Below are positions 18,086-25,621 of a DNA stretch of 64,000 nt, in pieces. Position 1 is the stretch's first letter, and each line of letters starts with the position of its first letter. The stretch comes from an uncultured Candidatus Saccharibacteria bacterium (GTDB taxonomy: Bacteria; Patescibacteriota; Minisyncoccia; Phycocordibacterales; UBA2100): contig CAYNND010000003.1 of assembly GCA_964398775.1 (NCBI GenBank), forward strand, positions 3,879-67,878, written 5' to 3'. The notes under the pieces were generated by a model that made no database searches, was not told the origin of the DNA, and was given only the letters and a program-made list of their open reading frames with translations. Both the position numbers and the translations under genes were made by a program.

Positions 18086-19630
18086 TTATTCGACAGTTAG
18101 TTCTGCTTCTTGTATAGCACGCGCACCGGAATCAGTTATGCACGAAAGTGTAAACGTGTGTGTGCCGCGCAGCGCAAGTGGTGGCGTCTCAATACTTCCC
18201 TCTATTCCTTCTTCTTTAAAACCTCGTGCGCGAAGCTCGCACGATTCGACCCTAACAGCACTCCATTCAATGAACGCAGTTTCTCCTCGGCTCACAACAC
18301 TCGGTTCAATGCGCAGAGATAACACTGGAGCTGCAGTGTTTTTTTGTTGCTTTTTCCCGGGGATGCGCGGCACATACTCGCATGTCGCCTGGTCAATGAT
18401 ACGTTGATTACGAAGACATTGTACAGTGTAGACAGTTTTCTTTTTTGCACTGACAAGCGATGTACCTACAAGCGAGCCGCGTGTTGAGAACTTACTGTCA
18501 TGCGGTGCTGAAAGTGCACGCGAAGTTGAACTGCCTGTACACGACCAGGATACAGAAGTTTCTCCGCATTCGATAGTTGCGTATGATTCCTCTTCAGCAA
18601 CAGCTCTATCTGTGACATTAAAGAAGCCATTTTGAGTGTTATATGCTTGCGCGGCTGGTTGGTCTTGATACTGAGGAAATCCCGATGTCTGCTGAGGAGA
18701 TTGCTGCTGTGATGGCGTTTGCTGTTGTGATGTCTGTTGTGATGATGGTGACTGCTGCCCACCCCAAGAACCTGGCTGCGCAGTATCCCAAGAACCTGGC
18801 TGTGATGCGTATTGGTTTAAAGTACTTTGGTATGCCTGCTGGTTGAGCGAACCATCAGGGTTAAATACATTTGTTGCAAGCGTCCCAAAGCCTGATGTTG
18901 CAAAAGAGGAAGTCAGCGAACCAGGAAGTGGCGGGCGTGTCCCGAGAGCAACAGCAACCCCGCGCTGTAGTGCAGGATATCCACGCACCATGAGGTTTAC
19001 TGCATCGGCACCTGTTGAGCCGCACTGAACCGGAACTTTGTTTACCGAAAGCGCCCAAACTGCACCACGACCAGCACATGAAAGTTGCATGCTAAACACA
19101 GACGAAGGATCCGCCGAGAGCAGAGCTCTGTGTGTTTGCGATGGCATGAGTTGTAACAACATCCCAATCGCAGCCTGTCTATATGAATCTGAAGTTGCAC
19201 GTTCAATTGGGTTTAAAAAACGAGCATTGTTTCCATACCATGCTGCAGCGCTCAACATATGACTTCCTCTTCCAAGTGAACCGGGTAATCGCCTGGTTTC
19301 TGCTTGGAGCACCTCAAAGAGGACCGGGTCATGCTGGCGGGCAATAGGAAGATACGCAGCAATACCGCGGTTAAATTGTTCTTCACTCAGCGCATATGAA
19401 CCTTTATATGCTGCGGCGTGGCCATTACAATTTGGTCGTGCTCCGCACTCTTGATGGAATACAGCGATTCCGACCAAACTTGCTGTGCGTTGCTGACAGT
19501 TGTATTGCTTACATGCCACACCGCCCACATACTGGATTTGCTGAATAGGGTCTTGCGAGAGTGTATTTGCCGAGAGCTGTCCGATACTCAAAAAAAAGTA
19601 CGCCACACAGATAGAAACGAGTAGTCTCAT
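18086..19630 (-). CDS. Secreted protein with unknown N-terminal domain, S/Q-rich linker and C-terminal A+B module
   Basis: 514 aa. Signal peptide MRLLVSICVAYFFLSIGQLSA. N-terminal domain of ~300 aa with no recognised motif. Linker SQQTSQQQTPSQQQSPQQTSG. C-terminal TIECGETSVSWSCTG...YTVQCLRNQRIIDQATC plus LSLRIEPSVVSRGETAFIEWSAVRVESCEL...FTLSC. Confidence 0.6.
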   Translation of the reverse strand: MRLLVSICVAYFFLSIGQLSANTLSQDPIQQIQYVGGVACKQYNCQQRTASLVGIAVFHQECGARPNCNGHAAAYKGSYALSEEQFNRGIAAYLPIARQHDPVLFEVLQAETRRLPGSLGRGSHMLSAAAWYGNNARFLNPIERATSDSYRQAAIGMLLQLMPSQTHRALLSADPSSVFSMQLSCAGRGAVWALSVNKVPVQCGSTGADAVNLMVRGYPALQRGVAVALGTRPPLPGSLTSSFATSGFGTLATNVFNPDGSLNQQAYQSTLNQYASQPGSWDTAQPGSWGGQQSPSSQQTSQQQTPSQQQSPQQTSGFPQYQDQPAAQAYNTQNGFFNVTDRAVAEEESYATIECGETSVSWSCTGSSTSRALSAPHDSKFSTRGSLVGTSLVSAKKKTVYTVQCLRNQRIIDQATCEYVPRIPGKKQQKNTAAPVLSLRIEPSVVSRGETAFIEWSAVRVESCELRARGFKEEGIEGSIETPPLALRGTHTFTLSCITDSGARAIQEAELTVE

Positions 19631-19655
19631 TCGAAAAGTATACCATCCAAAAGTA

Positions 19656-20912
19656 TCACTCGACGTATATCTCCTTCTCTATATGCACTTCTGAATCATC
19701 CAGCGCTTTGCAACGTAGCTGTATGCGCGAACGTCCTCGTATCAATAGTGACTCAGTGTCAACAGAACCCACAGGGCCTTTTTCTGAAATACCTTGTCCA
19801 CTGACGACACACTGCTTCACCTTGTATGCTGACCATGTCACATGCACATGCCCCCCACGTCGCACGCTCTCTGTGCTTATTTCAAGCTTAAGCTGCGGTC
19901 TGTTGATTGTGCTTTGTATTGCGCCAGGAATAACACATGATGCAAATGCCACCTTTTTATTTTGTGTGTAGCACTCGATTGTGTACATAGTCTTTACTCG
20001 AGGAGTCACTTGAATCTCACCGCGTACCGCAACTGCACCTCTGAGCGCTCTGCTGAGTGGTTTCGAACGCCCTCGCGCTGATGTAGTTCCTGTACCACAT
20101 GACCACTGGATAGATGTTTTAGTACAGATAAGCGATAGTTTTTCTGGCGCATCATCCTCACCTGTTGAGTCCTCGGGGACAAAAGGTCCTTTAGGATTTT
20201 TTGTGTCAGTTACACCGGTCGGTCGAGTTTCGCCTGGCTGTTTTTCTTTTCCTGGCTGCTGCGTATTTTGCAGTGGTGTACTGCCCGTTGAACCAGCACT
20301 TCCGCTTTGCACACCAGTTGCAGCAGTACCTGCCCCATCTTGAGCATTCCCCGTGAGCACATTGCCATACCCTGTATTTCCATTTCCTGCAGGATCAACA
20401 AGACCTTGATTTGACGGCGTAAAGCTTACATTTTTCCCTGAAGCGAGTGCACTCGCTTGGGCGTCAGTGCAGCTACTGCAGATCGTTGTATTTACATCAA
20501 GTTTTTGAGGCCTCCCTCGAAATGCCCCGCCCGTGTCATGCACATATCCAATCACATTTTGTACTGTATGTTTTTGCCTATCGAGCGCTGAAGTATATGT
20601 AATTGTACCGAGATTGAAATACTTACCATAGTTACTTGAGTCAGATGCGAGCGTCACATATTTTGAACGACCTGAACGCACATCATCGAGCGAACGCGGA
20701 ACTCGCTGCCCATCAAGTCCTGGGCGAGATGTTTCAACACAGCCTTCCATAGAGGTGCGGCACCCCGGAGCGTTGTGGGGTACATAAAAAGTTATGATTC
20801 TATCTGATGCTGTACAGGGCGCCGCTTGTGTACAAGCGTGTACAGACTGCGGAAGCAGTACTGCAAGAATGAGAGCAGAAAGGACGGCGCTCATGCGTAC
20901 AGTATACTTCAT
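19656..20912 (-). CDS. Secreted 3D-domain (MltA/Rpf-like lytic-transglycosylase-associated) protein with G/T-rich linker and C-terminal A+B module
   Basis: 418 aa. Signal peptide MKYTVRMSAVLSALILAVLLPQSVHA. 3D-domain signature GYVHDTGGAFRGRPQKLDV preceded by Asp-containing strands. Linker GNGNTGYGNVLTGNAQDGAGTAATGVQSGSAGSTGS. C-terminal LICTKTSIQWSCG...YTIECYTQNKKVAFASC plus LKLEISTESVRRGGHVHVTWSAYKVKQCVV...IQLRC. Confidence 0.7.
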   Translation of the reverse strand: MKYTVRMSAVLSALILAVLLPQSVHACTQAAPCTASDRIITFYVPHNAPGCRTSMEGCVETSRPGLDGQRVPRSLDDVRSGRSKYVTLASDSSNYGKYFNLGTITYTSALDRQKHTVQNVIGYVHDTGGAFRGRPQKLDVNTTICSSCTDAQASALASGKNVSFTPSNQGLVDPAGNGNTGYGNVLTGNAQDGAGTAATGVQSGSAGSTGSTPLQNTQQPGKEKQPGETRPTGVTDTKNPKGPFVPEDSTGEDDAPEKLSLICTKTSIQWSCGTGTTSARGRSKPLSRALRGAVAVRGEIQVTPRVKTMYTIECYTQNKKVAFASCVIPGAIQSTINRPQLKLEISTESVRRGGHVHVTWSAYKVKQCVVSGQGISEKGPVGSVDTESLLIRGRSRIQLRCKALDDSEVHIEKEIYVE

Positions 20913-20916
20913 ATGT

Positions 20917-22398
20917 TTATCGTACTTCTACTTGGACAGATTTTGAAATCGTATCTCCGTCTGTGGTTCTGCACTCGAGCACATACTCTGCTGTTCCTCG
21001 TGTATAGAGTTCATCAGTACTCGCAGAACCTTCGGTCCCCTCTTCAGAAAGGCCTTCGCCGAACACGACACATGAGTCAACACGGACAGCGGCCCAAGAA
21101 ATCATCGCCGACTTCCCCCTTCGAACCTCTGTGGTATCGGCATTTATTGTCAAAACTGGTTTTATTGTTGTTCCAGCGCTCGGTGCAGTTTTTTGAGGAG
21201 TAAAAACACACGATGCTTCACTAATAATGGATTGTCTTTTTAAACACTGTACGGTGTATGTTGTTTTTCGTGAAGGTGCAACTGCAAGTGATCCGATGAG
21301 TGCACCACGTGTTTTAAATTGTGCATCTACAGGCTTTGAAATACCTCGAGAAAGTGTTGCGTCACTCGGGCAACTCCATTCAACAAGCTTGTCTTCACAC
21401 GTAAGCAAATCATCGTCAGAGACTGTTTCATCTTCTGAAACTACTTCAGTATTCTGAAACGGAGTTTGCTGAGAAGGGTTTGTTGGTTGAAATGGGTTCT
21501 GGTACGGATTTTGCATAAATGGCTGGCTTGGTTGTTGCTGCCCTGCTTGTTGCGTACCGCTTTGTTGTGACCCTGTCTGGGGTGACGGTTGTGCCCACTG
21601 GCCTTGTGATGCAAATGGATTTTGCCCTTGATTGTCCTGTGGGTTACCTCCCATACCTTGGATTAGGCCGCCGAGTGGGCTATTGTTCCCCTCTATTGCT
21701 GTGCCGAGACTTTTCAATTGTCCCACATCGGCTGGAACTGAGCCTGGAGGGATTTGCCCATACGCCATGGCTGTTCCCTGGGCGAGTTGTTCGCATGTGT
21801 AGTTTACGAAGCCAACTTCAATACGTGCAGAAGAGAGCGCGATCTTCGCCATCATATCCTTATCATTTGGGTTAAATACCTGATTGGGCTGAATTCCGAC
21901 CCAGCTCGCTACGGTGTTTGCATAACTTGTCGGATTATTTCCACCATGACATGAAGGTGCCCACACTTGTTTTAATTCAATTAGCGTACACCGCGGTCGG
22001 GAACCGCCACCCCTATTGCATGCATCTGGTCTTCCTCGAGTACACATATCTCGAATGAGTGCGACATGCGCTGCAATTCCGTGCACAACAGAGGGAAAAA
22101 TTGCTGTACGATTGTTATTACTAAAACCTTGGCTTCCGAATTGCCGTGCAATAGGATTGTATACTTGCGCACCTGGGTTACGCGTCTCACATGCAAGCTT
22201 GCATTGCCCATTTCCTCTTTTTGTTGCCATGAATTGCTGACACCACTGCATGAACGCAGGAGACAACCCTGCGACATCTTGATTTGCTGCATGTACTGGC
22301 GTCACATAAAACGCACCAAAAAACAGACATGCGACAAAAATAGAACATGCGATCGCAGTTCGCTGCACTACGACGTATTGTGTGCGCAGCGTGTTCAT
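20917..22398 (-). CDS. Secreted protein with unknown Cys-containing N-terminal domain, Q/P-rich linker and C-terminal A+B module
   Basis: 493 aa. Signal peptide ...AIACSIFVACLFFGAFYVTPVHA. N domain of ~230 aa with no recognised motif. Linker QGQWAQPSPQTGSQQSGTQQAGQQQPSQPFMQNPYQNPFQP. C-terminal LLTCEDKLVEWSCPS...YTVQCLKRQSIISEASC plus LTINADTTEVRRGKSAMISWAAVRVDSCVV...YVLEC. Confidence 0.6.
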   Translation of the reverse strand: MNTLRTQYVVVQRTAIACSIFVACLFFGAFYVTPVHAANQDVAGLSPAFMQWCQQFMATKRGNGQCKLACETRNPGAQVYNPIARQFGSQGFSNNNRTAIFPSVVHGIAAHVALIRDMCTRGRPDACNRGGGSRPRCTLIELKQVWAPSCHGGNNPTSYANTVASWVGIQPNQVFNPNDKDMMAKIALSSARIEVGFVNYTCEQLAQGTAMAYGQIPPGSVPADVGQLKSLGTAIEGNNSPLGGLIQGMGGNPQDNQGQNPFASQGQWAQPSPQTGSQQSGTQQAGQQQPSQPFMQNPYQNPFQPTNPSQQTPFQNTEVVSEDETVSDDDLLTCEDKLVEWSCPSDATLSRGISKPVDAQFKTRGALIGSLAVAPSRKTTYTVQCLKRQSIISEASCVFTPQKTAPSAGTTIKPVLTINADTTEVRRGKSAMISWAAVRVDSCVVFGEGLSEEGTEGSASTDELYTRGTAEYVLECRTTDGDTISKSVQVEVR

Positions 22399-22401
22399 AT
22401 A

Positions 22402-25400
22402 TTACTCACCTACGTATTCTTCTCCTGGAGCCTCCTCCGTGCCATCACTTGACACTTCGATAGTAACAGAGTCTGACGCGCGAGTTTTTCTATCTGGTGC
22501 AATACACTCAACGCGGAACTGACTAGTCTCGTATAGATTACCAGTGACATAGCCTGAGCGTCCGACCTCTTTGAAACATTTCGGACTGTCTTTACCAAAC
22601 GTGTCACATCCCGGTCCGTAGACTACACATGATGCAGTGTTTTGACTTCTCCATGTAACTTTTACTGAAGTACCTTTCGGTGCTGCAGGCGGTTCGGCGG
22701 AAATTGATACAGTTGGACGAGCTCCTGAGGTCGTTGTTGTCGTAGTACTAACACCGTTCACCTCAACTCGGCACGAGCTTCGTGCAATTTCTTTGTTGAA
22801 CTTGTCTCGGCAGCGAACGACATAGGTAGCATCACGGATTGGCTTAACATTTGCAGACCCCTCGGCATCTCCACCCGTTCCAAACTCACCATCTTCAGTA
22901 CTTGTTCCAACAGACTTTTCTGTTTTCGCTGGGCATGACCAAACGACAGCTGCTTCTTCACCAGCTTTAATGGTCTCTGGATCACACGACATATCAGCCT
23001 CACCAACTTCTGTCGTATCATCTTCCTCTTCCTCGTCCTCTTCATCAGCAGGTTTTACGAAAACTTTTACAGGCGGCGTACAGACATTTGTTCCAATTTC
23101 ATTCGCCACCTTTATCGTATACGTAGTTGTACGCTCAGGAGACACATCAACAGAGCCCCCATCGACGACCCCGAGACTTCCTTTTTCGGGCGCGCCTTTT
23201 TCATCGGTCGTTGTAAAGTTGATGATAGTTTTTAGTGTTCCCTTACCAGTGACGTCCCATGTAATTGTCGCACTCTCTCCAGACTTGATCGTCTTTGGAG
23301 TGATAGATACAGAATCTTCAGTACACTTTGGTGCTTCAGTCGGCGTGTTCTTTCCATAGAGATCATCCCACCACCATGGCTTCTGGTTTTGGTTGTTATT
23401 ATTATTTTGCGGTTGCTGTTGCTGCTGAGCAAGTGCTTTAGCAATTTCTCCAAGCGCTTTACTTGGGTCTCCACCGCCGCCACCAGGTGGGCTGCCACCG
23501 CCTGGAGGATTACCCCCTCCTGGAGGGTTCCCGCCACCTGGTGGTTGGTTTCCAGGAGGAGTGTTCCCTGGAGGAGTTGCTGGTGCTGCCTTACAATTAC
23601 CTTGTCCAGGGGTATCACATGGGTTCCCCTTATCATCAACACCTTTCTCTTTTGCTTTTTCTTGATCTTCTTTTCGGCAGACCATGACCGATTGTCTACC
23701 CTCACCAGATTCAACCGCACAGACTGTATAACCTTTTGTCTTTATAGCACTGATATCTTCCTGGTTCATCACAGGAACAGTACTGTATCCCATACGCTTA
23801 CACATATCGTGGCATTTTTTTCTGGCTTCAAGTGCCTTATCCTTACTCTGGCATTCACCATTGGTTTTATCGGCTTTAGTCTTGTCTTCACCAGTAACTT
23901 TTGGGGTATACACACCCCACTCTACTGGCATAACAGAATCTTTGTGTGTTCTGTCTTCAAACTGCTTTACACATTTTGGATCAAGTTTTGGTTTTGCGAC
24001 AGCACCACCAGAAGTTGTCTTGCACTTTTCTTCCATGATTTTCTTGTTCTCTTGATCACAACGGCCTGTCAAAGTATCTGCCGTTTTTGTGACAGGAGTT
24101 TTAGTTTTGTCTGGCGCTGGTTTTGGGCACTCTTTTGGTTGACCCGGAAGACCTGCAACACATACTGCTGCAACTTGTCTACTGCCAATTGAAACCCTGT
24201 CAACAGCACACCAGAAACAGAATGTGTTTCTGAGCCAAGAACCAAAACGATTGAAAAATCCTTGTCGCTCTTTCGGAACACGCTCACTGCCGCCAATTAT
24301 ATCTTCTGTAAGACCTCCAGTGACGGACTCACGAGGTCGATTCCAGAGATTTCGGACCTCATCAGGTGTCAGGTCATTCATATTCTCGATTCGATACCCG
24401 CGCTTTATATTTGCACGCGCCTCTGCTTCTCGCGCTGCGCGCTCCAGAGTCTCCATATCTTCCTTTGAATAGACTCCGTCTTTGCCGAGTTCATCTGCAA
24501 GCTGGTCAAACGCTTCATCGACCTCAAGATCTTCCACACCAAATGCATTTGGGTCTGCTTTCAGAGCATTTGGGTCATTTTGAAATGCGTCTGGATCACT
24601 TTCCAAATCTTCTTTCTCACCGTATTTTCCGATAAAGCCATCGTAGTTCAAAGCTCCGGTACCCGTTGCAGTCTTTGATCCTCTCTTTAAATCAGTATTT
24701 GTGTTCGTGTCTGTCGTCTTGCCGCTTCCATCACCGAGTGGATTCTCGAGTGACTCATCGTTACCTCCTTCATCTGAAGTTGTATCACTGTCATCAGTCT
24801 CTCCATCGTCTTCACCATTAGATACATCTGAATAATCACCATTTACATTTACAAAAACTTTTGTTTTACATGTACTAAATCCACTTCTATTTTCGACTTT
24901 CAACGTATAGGTAGTCGTCTTCGTGGGAGAAACGGTTGCTGTACTGCCCGTTGCCTCACCTACTCCAGGACTAATAGTCACGCCACCTGGGGCACCCTGC
25001 CCACCTGAGGCTTCTGGTGTTCCTTCTGAGACAAGCCAAGAAAGTGTTGTTGATTCGCCACTTTTTACTGGCTTTGTGCCTGACGCTGCAGAAAAGTCAC
25101 TGCACTTCGGCACCTTTGTGTATCGAGGGTCCACGTACGGAGGAGTATCCCCACTGCCACCCTGATCACCACCACCTCCTCCGCCACCACCAAGTGCCTT
25201 AAGCATCTGACCAATCGCATCCATAAGTCCACCGGCACCACCTGCGAGACCCTGTGCTGCAGGTTTAATCATACAAGTCTGTCCACCTTCTGCATTCGCG
25301 AAGCATGATATTGGTGTACACGTTTTCTTTTGTTCTTTTGTTGCTTCGGTTTCAACACCAATAGAACCACCAGTTGAGAATGAGTTTTTATCACATGCCG

Positions 25401-25578
25401 CACCAGTTACTGATTGCGCAACTTGTCGCGTCATAGACCGAGGCATCCCTGCTGTCTGGTCTATTGCTCCGATAATGAGTACGAGAAGTACCATGAGACC
25501 GCCGAGCTGCGCGCCATGTCTGAGCGCAGCGCTCGTTTGGCTCTGTGATGAGTCTGACATAATGTAATAGTAACGCAC
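22402..25578 (-). CDS. Giant membrane-anchored surface protein with Gly-rich segments, two PKD/Big-like beta-sandwich repeats, Cys-rich central region, PPGx repeats and C-terminal A+B module
   Basis: 1058 aa. N-terminal TM LGGLMVLLVLIIGAI with no cleavable signal. Two repeats of the type SGES.T.SW.V....TTTY(T/I)(L/I)KV.N..G...C...V.V. Cys-rich block CHDMCKRMGY...VCAVESGEG...VCRKED. Repeats PPGNTPPGNQPPGGGNPPGGGNPPGGGSPPGGGGG. C-terminal DMSCDPETIKAGEEAAVVWSCP...YVVRC...SSC plus VSISAEPPAAPKGTSVKVTWRSQNTASCVV...FRVEC. Confidence 0.65.
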   Translation of the reverse strand: MRYYYIMSDSSQSQTSAALRHGAQLGGLMVLLVLIIGAIDQTAGMPRSMTRQVAQSVTGAACDKNSFSTGGSIGVETEATKEQKKTCTPISCFANAEGGQTCMIKPAAQGLAGGAGGLMDAIGQMLKALGGGGGGGGDQGGSGDTPPYVDPRYTKVPKCSDFSAASGTKPVKSGESTTLSWLVSEGTPEASGGQGAPGGVTISPGVGEATGSTATVSPTKTTTYTLKVENRSGFSTCKTKVFVNVNGDYSDVSNGEDDGETDDSDTTSDEGGNDESLENPLGDGSGKTTDTNTNTDLKRGSKTATGTGALNYDGFIGKYGEKEDLESDPDAFQNDPNALKADPNAFGVEDLEVDEAFDQLADELGKDGVYSKEDMETLERAAREAEARANIKRGYRIENMNDLTPDEVRNLWNRPRESVTGGLTEDIIGGSERVPKERQGFFNRFGSWLRNTFCFWCAVDRVSIGSRQVAAVCVAGLPGQPKECPKPAPDKTKTPVTKTADTLTGRCDQENKKIMEEKCKTTSGGAVAKPKLDPKCVKQFEDRTHKDSVMPVEWGVYTPKVTGEDKTKADKTNGECQSKDKALEARKKCHDMCKRMGYSTVPVMNQEDISAIKTKGYTVCAVESGEGRQSVMVCRKEDQEKAKEKGVDDKGNPCDTPGQGNCKAAPATPPGNTPPGNQPPGGGNPPGGGNPPGGGSPPGGGGGDPSKALGEIAKALAQQQQQPQNNNNNQNQKPWWWDDLYGKNTPTEAPKCTEDSVSITPKTIKSGESATITWDVTGKGTLKTIINFTTTDEKGAPEKGSLGVVDGGSVDVSPERTTTYTIKVANEIGTNVCTPPVKVFVKPADEEDEEEEDDTTEVGEADMSCDPETIKAGEEAAVVWSCPAKTEKSVGTSTEDGEFGTGGDAEGSANVKPIRDATYVVRCRDKFNKEIARSSCRVEVNGVSTTTTTTSGARPTVSISAEPPAAPKGTSVKVTWRSQNTASCVVYGPGCDTFGKDSPKCFKEVGRSGYVTGNLYETSQFRVECIAPDRKTRASDSVTIEVSSDGTEEAPGEEYVGE

Positions 25579-25621
25579 GCTCTAAAAAAAGCACGCGATT
25601 ATGCACCAATACTGTGTAGAA

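Noticed and set aside
23389-24192. 267-aa plus-strand ORF inside the 1058-aa gene (and similar antisense ORFs across the array)
   Set aside because: Low-complexity antisense translation of repeat-rich coding DNA. It has no start context and lies fully inside a well-supported minus-strand CDS.
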